NCBI GenBank assembly: GCA_964036045.1
Contig: OZ038378.1
Span: forward strand, 190,216,001 to 190,280,000
DNA: 64,000 nt
Reading direction: 5' to 3'
Origin: Eutreptiella sp. 'Long Island Sound 2002'
Lineage: Eukaryota > Protista > Euglenida
The position numbers and the translations under genes are program-made. Positions within the stretch are counted from its first letter, which is position 1. Each line of letters opens with the position of its first letter. The notes under the pieces are model-generated. The model did no database searches, was not told the origin of the DNA, and saw only the letters and a list, made by a program, of their open reading frames with translations. Shown here piece by piece: positions 1 through 10,717 of the stretch.

Positions 1-11
1 CCTGTGCCCAG

Positions 12-92
12 GACGAGCGCATTTTGTTGCACTACAATGGCCACGGTTGTCCAAGACCAACCTCCAACGGAGAGATCTGGGTTTTCAACAAG
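12..92 (+). CDS. RPTOR: Raptor exon a: [27 protein letters not shown] (RNC caspase-like domain)
   Basis: cag| acceptor at 9-11, donor gtacgc at 93; matches Raptor [27 protein letters not shown]. Confidence 0.96.
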
Positions 93-349
93 GTACGCCT
101 CCGTAGCTGGGGTGTGTGTGTGGGGAGGGGGGCCGTATTGGGGTCGTGGAGCGCTTGTCACAGTCTGTCACAGTATTGTCCCCTCACACTGGCATGACTA
201 CATGTGGGGGGGGGGGGCGTTGTGAGGTCTGAATGGGTCGCGGTTGATTCAGGATGGTCCTCTGGGGAGGGGGGGGTCAGTTGCAAACTGCTGTTACCTT
301 CTTTCACCCGCAATCAGGTTATACCGCACTCGCTTCACAGACCTGATGG

Positions 350-790
350 CGTACGGGGGGGGGGGGGGGCAGGGAAAAATTTCGGGGGGGGGGGGAATTT
401 CGTTTTTCAGATTGGTGCCGAAATCCCCCCCCCCCCCCGAAATGTTGTTGCGCAATCTGGGCCATTTCTTGCTCCCTGGGTCGGCAGCTAACAGTTTTCT
501 TCTGCAGGGAGGTACTGGTGCCCGTGTATTGCATGTCAGGATCAGTCTATACGCTGGTGTGCGCCCCGAAACATTTTTCTTGTGTATCCTGCGTATCCCA
601 AAGAATGATTTTGTGTACCCAGTGTGTATCCCACAAGCTGCCTTTGTGTATCAGCTGTGTATCCCAAGGACTGAGTTACCCGCAACTGTACACAAGGCAC
701 CCAAATTTGGGGGTGCCGACATTCTCCCCACCCGACAGTTTCTCCGCCGAAATCCCCCCTCCCCCCCCGGAAAGCCCCTCCTGTAAGGCG
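350..790. mobile_element. MITE-like dispersed repeat (ggggaatttcggttttcagattggtgccgaaa family)
   Basis: 447-770 is strongly similar to 19561-19885; end modules recur at about 10865-11056, 11760-11890, 16810-16870 and 31310-31400. Confidence 0.7.
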
Positions 791-2007
791 CCTGGGGTTG
801 TCTTTCGGCCCTTGAAAAGCGTTCCCCTCATTCTTGTGGCCTTGTGCTGCTTGTGGTGCCGACAGTGCCACCACCACCACGCACGTGACAGTCCACGCCT
901 CACCATGTGGGGTGTCAGGCACGATGCGCGCACCGTGCGCACGTTCCGGTTGTGCAACACATGGGCCAAGACAATGATATGTTGGGTTCCCCGCCAAAGA
1001 AGCACCGCATCCGAAAAAGGCTCCAGGCAACCCCCTGCACAACGTGCTGTAGCATAGTGACGGCACACTCCATAAGCCTCCGGGGGACAGCCTCGTGAGA
1101 GGCACTGAAGGGAGGCCGTGGGTCCACAACCTCTCGTACGGTGCGTGCGCGGTGTCAGAAACTCTTGGCTGGCAGCCACAGCCCTGCCCTGCTCTGTCCG
1201 CTCTACATTGTGACCGCTCTCTTGATACCGCCACTCAACCCCCAGAAACCCCATGGCCAAACCCCCAGCACCGACTGAGCATTCGGCCACGATCCCTGTG
1301 ACGAGTCCCCTTCCCCACACAAAGTCTGCCATTGAATTCCCGGATCCCCCAGAGGTGGTCTTAGTCACCCGCTCCTCGTGCAGCATGTAGCCTCTCTTTG
1401 TGCCCGGGTGCCTGCTGCTGTCATGGTCTTCTCCGTCAGGGAGAGGAAGGCTGGCATGCCTTCCCATCAGGAACGGTGACAGATGATGGGTGGCATGATG
1501 GTGTAGCCTCGTCTGCCAACGCGCTCCCACTCGCATTGACTAATTTGCCGACTAGAAACATTTCATGGGAACATTTCATCGATGAGAAATGTGGTGCCGT
1601 TCTCCCCTGGCGAAATTTCGGGGCTTGTTGGGCCCAATTTGTGTGGTAGGAATATTTTGTTTTGGGCTGCACCCCCCCACCCCCTCTCAAGGTCCAATGG
1701 AAAGATCCTCAGGGCACACATGAGATTTGGTACCAAAAAAAAGTCTGTGCTATTGTTGGAGCACGTACCTCTAAGGTCTCAGACCCCCCCCCCCCGCATG
1801 AGCGCCAAGCAAAAACAGAGTGCGTGGTCGGAGAGAGGGACCTACTGGGGGCGAATCATTGGGGAGTATACATGGGAGGTTGCTGGTTGGGGCGGGTGCA
1901 CACACACCCAAATCACGTGCCACTGCTCTCAGCACAAGATGTCTGTTCCACAAACACGCTGGGGATACTCTTGAGGCCTATCCCCAGAGGGAAGGGCACC
2001 AATAGCC

Positions 2008-4117
2008 ATGGTCCAAAGCTGGATGTGTAGAGGGGGCTGTGGAGTGGTTAGTGCCCTGAAAGCCTACAAGCTGACCCAGGAGGGACAAGAGGCAGCAGCA
2101 AGGTGTGCAGCAAAGGCACGAAGGGCACCGGGAGTCCCCCATGACTACCAGCAACACCTGGAGGGAGTGTGGGACGAGGACCAACCACATCCATTTACCA
2201 GGGAACAGTCTAAGGTGAGGATCATCATCACCGCGCACGGAGCCAAGTGTCAAACAATGGGACACAATAAATGGTGGATGCAACAAGGGGGAGCAGCGCA
2301 GCAAGGGATAGGAGAAGGTTAAGAGGACGAGGACCACAGTTGGAGGGCGGAAGGGAGCCCCAATAGTCAGGGTAGAGAGGAACCAGAGGACATAGAAGCG
2401 GAGCACGCACCCAATGAAACCGTTAGAGAGGAGAGGGGCGATTAGGGAGAGGAGAAGAGGGAGCCCCGCGGAGAGGATAGGACGTCAGCAGACGCAGTAG
2501 ACTCCACAGATAAGGAGACAACAAACTCCACACGTTAGGGGACACCAAACACCACAGATAAGGAGAGAGACACACGGTCGGCGGGAACGGCCACAACCCG
2601 GGGACCATAGCACTGGTCCCAGAAAAAGAAAGGGAAAGCGGGATGGGCAGGGCCCAAGCACGCGTGTGGGCTGTGCAACAGACCAATGCGGAGGGGCCAA
2701 GGGGCGGTGCAGTGTGGCCACGGACAGTGGATCCATCTACAGTGTGCAGGGTACACAACAGCCCAGGCTTGGAAAGTGCTCAGGGAGAAGCGGGAGTTCC
2801 AGTGTAAGTGCAAGAAAGCACGGTTGCAACGATGGTTGGAGCGAAGTGAGTAAAAGAGGTGAAGGAACAACAAAAAGACAAGAACACTGCCCCCAGGGAA
2901 GAAGAGGCGGATTGCGTCCACCACCCAAGGCGGGATCGCAGGGGCAGGGTAGGAGAAAAGTTGCAGATTTGGGAAGAGTCTAGAGGAAGCCCACATCAGA
3001 GTACGGAAAAGACCACTGAAACAAGAGGAGCACCAAAGGGAAGGGAACAGGACAACGAAAAGCAGCCAAGGAAGGCAGGCGGAGCAGCAAGGGAAACCAC
3101 AATGGGGGCAGGATCACAGGACACAATGGGGGACCTAGAGGTGGGCCAGGGAGTGCCGTTGCTCGGAGTGAAACACGGGGACTTGGAGGGGTGTAGGGGA
3201 ATAATTGAAGAAGTGAACGATGGAAAGGCCCAAGTACTGCTGGTGGGAGGAGAGAGGTGCGTACGGGTGAACAAACAGAAGTTGAGAACTAGAAGTTGAG
3301 AACTGAGATGGAGGTGGAGCTAGTCGAAATCCTGCCGCCAAATTTTGTAGAGGTCGGTTTGCACGCCCGGTTAGGGGTCTCACCCGAGGCAACCAAGGAG
3401 GAAGTTAAGGCGGCGTACCAGAAGATGGTCCTCAAACTCCACAAAAACAAGAACAACCAGGAGAAAGCAACGGAGGTGTTCAAGCGGTTGAACTCAGCTT
3501 ATGAAAACAGGAGGAGTAACGGGACACCGGTAGGGCAGGGAGGGAACAACCAATCAGCCCCACAACCACACTATACAAACTTTAAGTTCAACCCGACATA
3601 CTTTAGATCGAAAATCTACGGACAAAATGAGCCGCACGGGAAGACCCCACAGCTGGCCCGGCAACAGAGCCGAGAAGAAGATAGGAAGGACCAAGGGGCA
3701 GAACACACGTGGAGCTCGTGGTTGTGGGGAGCAAGAAAAAGTCGACGGGCGGAGCCGCAGCCGACAAGCGCGCCGCCACCACAGGGATACAACACAAATA
3801 CGAACGGACCACTGCTTTTTGGAGAGAAATTCAGGTGGTACACAGCCGACCCACCCAGGCTACGAAGGGACCGCATCCTGAGGGAAAAGAGGAGACAGGG
3901 GTGGATAGGAGACTACCCGAATGGAGGAACACGAATGTACCTTCTGGGACTAGATAGAGTCTACCTGGTGCAAGTAGTGGCAGGCTGTGCGTGGGTACCG
4001 GAGGAAAGGATATGGGCACCTGAAGTGTTTATCGTGGGAGAAGGGATACACTTCACAGTGGACGACTCACTGAGACTCATGGCCCAACTAAACCACGCTA
4101 ACATCATAGCAGCATAA
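2008..4117 (+). pseudogene. Decayed intronless ORF (PHD-like finger, KOW-like motif, J-domain) in Raptor intron 1; probably part of a mobile element
   Basis: Frame-1 peptide CGLCNRPMRRGQGAVQCGHGQWIHLQCAG...FQCKC at 2665-2811. KOW-like LEVGQGVPLLGVKHGDLEGCRGIIEEVNDGKAQVLL at about 3130-3245. J-domain HARLGVSPEATKEEVKAAYQKMVLKLHKNKN...EVFKRLNSAYE at about 3360-3506. Interrupted by in-frame stops and frameshifts. Confidence 0.7.
3296..4117 (+). CDS. J-domain-like ORF (273 aa, HPD replaced by HKN); surviving 3' part of the decayed ORF
   Basis: Open frame with the DnaJ helix I-III pattern; expression unknown. Confidence 0.45.
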   Translation: MRTEMEVELVEILPPNFVEVGLHARLGVSPEATKEEVKAAYQKMVLKLHKNKNNQEKATEVFKRLNSAYENRRSNGTPVGQGGNNQSAPQPHYTNFKFNPTYFRSKIYGQNEPHGKTPQLARQQSREEDRKDQGAEHTWSSWLWGARKSRRAEPQPTSAPPPQGYNTNTNGPLLFGEKFRWYTADPPRLRRDRILREKRRQGWIGDYPNGGTRMYLLGLDRVYLVQVVAGCAWVPEERIWAPEVFIVGEGIHFTVDDSLRLMAQLNHANIIAA

Positions 4118-4164
4118 ATGGGGTTGAAAACGTATGAACAATAACTCACACAACAACACATAAG

Positions 4165-4530
4165 ACCACCCACCACAACAAACACTCAGGACAGAGATGT
4201 GGGGGAGACGAGAGAGTGGCAAGGCAATGATGTTGGCGGCGACCGAACCAGAGGTGATCCGGCAACTGAGGGTTATGGGTCACCGATGGCGGACACAGCC
4301 CCGTCAGGTTTCAAAGATTGAGATTGATTTGGTTGCCAGTGCCAAACTACACACCACAACAACTACTCAGAGGCAAGGAGAGGTGGGGGAAGCTAGAGAG
4401 TGGGAGGGCACTGAAGTTGGCGGCGACCGAACCACAGGTGATCCAGGAATGGAGGGAGAGGGTCACCAATGGCGGACGCAGCCCCGTCAGGACTCAAAGA
4501 TTGAGATTGATTTGGTTGCCAGTGCCACAG
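4165..4530 (+). repeat. Tandem duplication, two units of about 183 bp
   Basis: gttggcggcgaccgaacca...cagccccgtcagg...caaagattgagattgatttggttgccagtgcca occurs twice. Confidence 0.85.
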
Positions 4531-5375
4531 GAAACCACATCACTAGCAGCAACGCTGACACCACTCAGAATGGACCCCCCCCCCCAACGCACCACACCCC
4601 AGCAACTACCCCTGTAGCCCCGCCAACGCCGCACCAACACCGACACCAACAGCAATGGAACACGCTCACCCATGCAACAACAATAGAGGGTTGCCCAGGG
4701 CAGCAAAGGACAGCCCAGAAAAGACGCCCGGGGCACCGCGGACCCTAGCTGATGAGCCAACAGACTCTTTACAGGGGAGGGGGGGGAGACCGCGGACTCC
4801 TCCCTCTCCAGGTCCCGAACCCGTAGACTGACGGCGGGCGCTACGTGCATGGTCTACCACCGCTGCGCCAGCTAAGGCGCCAGCTAAGGCCATCATGCCA
4901 GCAAACAGCATGCAACTACGCCCGGACAGACTGCGATATGTGGGCCAGCAGAAGCAAGTGGTCAAAACCACCCACACCAAGCACACCGACACCAACAAGG
5001 AGCCCCCTTGAGCTAGGATCTCCCTCCTCAAGGGGAAGGAGGGGGCAGGGTGAGATGAACCCACTCCCACTCCCCCGCCCCCGCCCCCTCCTCTACCCCC
5101 TCCCTACAGCAACACGCTCCCCAGCCACCCAATGCCCACAGGGCAGAAAGAATGGAGAGGGCGGGGAAGAAGCTGGGCTGGGGGAAAGGGACGAACGAAG
5201 GAGGGTAACAGGACAGGGCAGACCGCGCTCGCCGAAAACGGTGCAGAGCGTAGAAGGAGAAGAAGGAAAGGAAATACGGGAAAGAATCATTGTGGTTGTT
5301 AAAAGCCCCCGTCAGGAAAATTATCCAACAGATGCACACCCCAGCGCACTCAAGTCACTGCTGGAGTCGGCAAAC

Positions 5376-5600
5376 CCAGCATGGACTCGGAGTGTGCATC
5401 TGGATGCACCTGGTCAACGGCACGGGCAGCAGCCCGTCTCCAACCCTGGAGTAGTCAAACAGGACAAGTCATCTAGGGGCTCCGTTAACACAACCAAAAC
5501 ACGTTCGGGCCCACAGAGGGTCAGAATGAGCAGTGGCGAGAGGCCAATAGGCGCCACCAAAGGCAAACAATCAGATACCAAGGCCTTGTGCCAACCCCCC
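5376..5600 (+). mobile_element. Dispersed repeat of about 220 bp ending in poly-C (copy 1)
   Basis: Nearly identical to 26217-26450. Confidence 0.85.
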
Positions 5601-6469
5601 CCCCCCCCCCCGCAACCACCCACCCACACCCCTTGCGCACCAACGCGTGTCTGCTTGGGCACCCTCATGGCCATCGATACAGATATGTGCAGGTGCATCC
5701 TGAGGACATGGTGACTTTTTGTCCGACCGCACAGCGTCTCTGTTCCAGACTGGCATTGGCTGGACGGAGTGCAATGGGGCCCAGAAGGTGTTTGAAGGGA
5801 CGGTGAACCCCCGAAATCACAGGGCACTTCAGCAGCTGCGGGGTTTCCAGTGGTGCCAAAATTTTGCTACAAAGTATCAACGCGCCTGCAGGTTCAATGG
5901 ATGAGCACCTGATGCAGTGCCCCGACCCTCACCCCCACCCCACCACCGGTCAGCCATAGTGATCTCTTTCCCGGCGGTGCATTATCACAGAATAGGGAAA
6001 TGGCGATGGTCCGCGTGGATGCGGGGGTCTTTACAGAAAACATCCCCCTGTTTGCCTTTTTTTTTCATATTAAATTGGTGCATCACCCCCTTTAGTCCTC
6101 TTCTTTTCACAAATGGTGCGCACGGTGCCTGAAGCGTGCCTGTGGCATTGTGCCACTCCTCTCCGCTTTGGAGGTATAGCAGAGGTTGTGTAGGAACTTG
6201 TGTAGGACCAATGCCGGGGCTCAGTCCCCCCCCCCCCCTCCCCCAACCCTCATTTTCCACCAACTTTTCCCAACATCTGCACCTCAAAATTTTTCGCGCG
6301 GCATGTCCATCGCTTTGAGGCACGTATGTGTGACCACCCCTCCCCCACTGTGTGGCCGATGCAGTGGAATCTGTCTAGACCCCCCCTCCCCACCCGCCCG
6401 CCCGCCCCTCGTGCTGCAGCGGTTGCCCACGCAGCCCTGTCGAGAACCCTCCCTCTCTCTGCCCTACAG

Positions 6470-6607
6470 AACTTCACACAATACATCCCCTTGTCCTTGC
6501 ACGAGCTGCACTCATGGGCGGGATCCCCCACAATTTTGGTGTTCGACTGCCCAGCAGCGGGGGAGGTCATCAATGCGTTCGCGCAGATCCGGGCGCACGG
6601 GTCGCGG
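6470..6607 (+). CDS. RPTOR: Raptor exon b: NFTQYIPLSLHELHSWAGSPTILVFDCPAAGEVINAFAQIRAHGSR
   Basis: Pyrimidine tract plus tacag|, donor gtatgc; matches [27 protein letters not shown]. Confidence 0.96.
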
Positions 6608-6762
6608 GTATGCTCTCGCCCCCTTCGTTCCCTGCGGTCCCTTTGAGGCCGTGGACTAGTCTACAAAAGGGCTCAACGGGCCCTGTCGCCCCTCGCACTG
6701 AATCATCGTCCCCACCGTACCAGCCCACCAGCCCTTACCGCCAAAGCCGCGGTAGTGGGCAT

Positions 6763-6973
6763 CAGGGCTGTTCTTAAGAGCCCCCATTTTTTTTTATTAA
6801 GGACAGCCCTCAAGGACAGCCCCGAAGGACCACTAACCGCCAACCGCCAACTGCCACCAACCGCCAACCATTATCCAATACTGTTTCTGTGGTTTCGTGT
6901 CTTGTCCATGTCTGAGAGCGTCCCCGTGAACGTTCGTTTCTGTTGGCGTTACGAACCCTTAAGGACAGACCCG
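6763..6973. mobile_element. hAT-type MITE with 8-bp TSD GTGGGCAT
   Basis: Imperfect TIR cagggctgttcttaag / cttaaggacagacccg; gtgggcat at 6755-6762 and 6974-6981; relative at about 36800-37025. Confidence 0.88.
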
Positions 6974-8223
6974 GTGGGCATTGGGCTCATCGGAGTGACC
7001 CGGGCCCGTGTGCGCGTGACGATCGGAAGTGGCGTGACTGGACATGGGCATTCTTTCTGGTGGTTCCCGCTGGGAGGGCGAACTGCCCGTTGGCCAATCC
7101 GATGGGGGTGTCCTTGGTACAACGGCCCGCCATAAACGGCGCCAGCAAACCGAGGGGGGGGGGGGCTGGGGGGGCTGGCAGTTGGCCGGTTCGGGTGCGT
7201 GGGTGTGAAGTTGGAGTGGGCAGTGAGGGAGGCCGGGACCGCGTGGCAGTGGCCCAACAATGTGGCGGCGGTCTGTCGTTGACACGGCCACCCACGGTCC
7301 TTACGGAGCTACAAACAACAACAACAACAACGATCCGCTCTGCCATTCCACCCCCCCTTTCCCGGGGCTTGTGCGTGAATTGGAAAAAGGTATGGAAGAG
7401 GGTCAGCCCCCAGACCCCCCCCCCCCCCCGGGTCCGTCAAAAAATTCCTCTGTGGGAATATCGAATTTTGTAAAAGGGATTTGGGCCATTTTCGGTACAC
7501 AAACCCTGGGATCTCAGACCTCCCCTCCCTCCGCCCTCAGCCACCCCCCCCCCTTTGCAGACCTGAGAAGCCCCCCCCCCCCCCCCCACTCCTGGCCCAC
7601 GCCATGTGCCCTCCCGCGCTGTCAGTCAATACCTGGCTTTGCCCGCCAACCACTTTCCCAACCGCCGGTACCCGCTTGACACCCGGTCTTGAGTCCCCGC
7701 AGCAGCCTGGGGGCCATACGCTCAAATGTAATTGGGCGGTGGCCGACGACGGTTGGGGTGGCCGACTCCGGGTGGACGGTACTCGACAACGGTTGGAGGA
7801 TAACCAATGGCGGTTGAGCAGCGGTTTTGGACGCTCCCCAAGGGCGCCCGCCAGAGCCCCCCAAAAAGGAGACAGTGTTGTAAAGGGGCGCCCGGAGTGG
7901 GAGCGTGCAGGCACCTGCGTGCACACCGTGCGTGGAGTGCGCATCACGATTTGCCGAAACGAGGGCGGGCGGGTGGGGGAAAGGGCTCGGAAGGTGCGAA
8001 GTTGCGTCAAGTGCCTCCCCAAAGTAAGACCCACGTCCCACAGACCGAGAAATCGGGAGGTGCCCGCTCCGTGCAGTGAGCACCTCCGCAGGATCAGACG
8101 CATGTGATGTTTGTGCTGCGCCGCGCCGCAGCAAGTTGGGAGGGGGGGGACCTGCAGAGCATGCACTGCGTGCATGTTTGTCGGGGTGCGCGCGCTTTGC
8201 ATTTGTGCCAGTGTCGGGCCTGC

Positions 8224-8390
8224 CAGGGCTCCTTTTAACAACTCCGCACCACTTGATGGGACCAAATTTTCCTCCGGGCCTTCGGCCAATCAAAAAATTT
8301 TCTCTGGCGCCTTCGGCAGCAATTTTCGGTGCCTCTCAACTAAAAAACTCAGCACCACTGGGGGGGGCACAAGCAGCTAAGTTCTGTCAC
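8224..8390. mobile_element. CAGGGCTCCTTTTAACAAC family repeat
   Basis: Homologous to 32754-32925; fragments at about 55690 and 56580. Confidence 0.7.
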
Positions 8391-9196
8391 TAGGGCCTAG
8401 TGCAGGGGCCTTGGGCACGCTTCTCAGACACAGCGTCCAAACCATTGGTGGTCACCAAGGGGTGGACTCACATGAGTCCCAAGCTCCGAGGCTTGGACAG
8501 CCCGGAGTGAAGTCCTCAAACGGGGAGCCCCTCAGCAGCCCAAAATGCACAAGAGCAACAACGCATGACACTCACCACAAAACAACCCCAACAAACACCA
8601 GGGACAGGTTTGCATATTTGGAGACATGTGCAGAAGTGCTGGGTGCCCCTGGTGCCACCCAAAGGACAGTGGGACAACCCGACAGCCACAACGGGAGGTA
8701 GGGAGCGACCCCCCCCCCCCCTCCCCCGCAACGCACACCAGCAGCGTTGAGTGCGCCAGCAGAAGAAAAAAGAGCACCAAATTGAGAGGAACACACGCAG
8801 CCAAGCAACTGGGAACAGGGCCGCCCCACACACGGTGGTGAGACAAGCCCCAACAAAACACAGAGCACGGCACAGGCGGACCACGAGGTGCGAGCACCGT
8901 AGCAACCACCGAATGCGGCGGACGCCGAGCGAGCCATCAGCAACTAGCCCCCCCCCCCCCCCCCCCCTCCACGAGGTGCCTGCAAACTCCGCAAGCGCAG
9001 GGGCTGTGCCCCGCGTGCCAGGAGGTGCCCGCCACAGGGGTGGCCACAGGGCCGTGACCAGCCAACCGCACGGGACAGTCAACGTCGTGTGGAGAAGTGA
9101 AATCCTCGTGCAGGGGGGGCAGGCGGGTGGGACAGGAGTGGGTGCGCACAATGGGCACCTAGGAGCGCCAACGGACAAGGGGAGGAGCAACACAGC

Positions 9197-9862
9197 CACA
9201 CAGAACGCGGGAGCCACACCAAGAGGGACGAAGGCGAGTGCAGCAGACAAGGGGAGGGGGGCAGCGAGGCAGGGGGGCAATGGGGATGGGAGAGCATGCG
9301 CATGGGGGGTAGTGGCTACACAGGGGATGGCCTGGCCAGCTAGCCCCATCGCTACCGGGTACCAGGGCAACCCGTGCTCAACCGGCATCAGGTGGGGGGG
9401 GTCTCCTGCAGCCCAGATGTGCTACTTGCGCAACAGGAGGAGGAGCCCACCAGGGGCAGACCAGCTGTGAGGGGGAAAGGGACATGTGGTTGGCGGCCGG
9501 GACAACGCGTGCAGGAGCAGTGCACCTGGGCCTCACGCACACGGAAACACAGCGAGGCAGGTTATGGACCACCGGAGGACAGACATGTGTGGACAGCAAA
9601 AACAGTCAAACGACCCCCGCAACAACCAGTACAACCTCGATGCGCCAACTACTGGGCGCTGCTGACGCGCAAACGGCACACCGTGCCACATCCAGCACAG
9701 CCCCAGCACACCAACCACTGGGCTCCGCAAACGCGGAAATGACACCAGCAGGAGCACTGGCTGCAGCGGCCGACAGAAAGCAGCAACCCAACGCAACATG
9801 CGAAGGGAAGAGCGGGTGACTGTCCAGGGGCCCGTCAACCAGACGGAATGTCACACAGGGGG
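9197..9862 (+). mobile_element. Dispersed repeat of about 670 bp ending ggaatgtcacacaggggg
   Basis: Collinear with 37086-37784; shorter copies at about 9900-10308 and 55710-56090 share the same right end. Confidence 0.85.
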
Positions 9863-10617
9863 AGGGGGGCCTGGACCACCCTCGGAGGTGCACACGACAC
9901 CTGTGGAAACCATGAAGGTGCGCGCAATGCCCACGTGCACCACGCACAGAGATGGGGTAATTGGGGCCCACCCACGTGGGGAGGCAGGTGGTGGACAACC
10001 AGGACAACATGTGGAGGGGTGGAGCAATTGGGCCTCACGCATACGGAAATGCGACGAGGCAGGTGGTGGACGGCCAGGATGCGGAGGGGAGTGGGCAGCA
10101 AAGACCGTAAACGACCCCCGCAACAACCAGCACAACCCCCAGTACGCCAACTACTGAGCTCCGCTGACACGGAAACGACACCACAAGGAACACGCACCGC
10201 AGCGGCCGTCAGAACACAGCGACCCGACGCAGCATGCAAAGGGAAGAACGGGTGACTGTCCAGGGCCCCATCAAGAAACAGCAACTTGAAGGAATGTCAC
10301 ACAGGGGGCTGGACCCCCCCCCCCACCCCTGTTAAAGGAGTCCTGGGGCCTGCGGGTGGGGGGACCCGTCTTTGGCTGCAACGATTTTGTAATCGCTGCT
10401 TCCTGTTCCCCAACCGCATTCCCAACCGTTGCCCCCCCCTCCCCCCAAAAGTCCAGAACGGCACCCCTCTGCAGAATTCTATTTCTCCCCGCGACAGAAT
10501 TGTTGGTAATGGAAAGGGCAGGAGGGCTCTGCTTTTATCTGAATTGCGGAGCGCCCCGCTCCCAGCCGCCCCGCCGCTGCCCGGTCACGACCGCCACTGC
10601 GGTCCCCTTCACTGCAG

Positions 10618-10717
10618 GACGGCGAAAACCCTGATCAGAAAGGCCCCAAGGATGACATCATCCTCGTGTCGTGCCGGACTAACCAGATCCTGCCGCAGAA
10701 ACCGCAGCTTCCGGCGG
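10618..10717 (+). CDS. RPTOR: Raptor exon c: DGENPDQKGPKDDIILVSCRTNQILPQKPQLPA
   Basis: ctgcag| ... G|gtgtgt; its phase-1 G completes the D of the next exon (PADIFTSCL). Confidence 0.92.

Noticed and set aside
1398-1649. ORF with LPLALTN resembling the Raptor N-terminus
   Set aside because: It lies downstream of the HYNGHG exon, so the order is wrong; exons a and b join directly.
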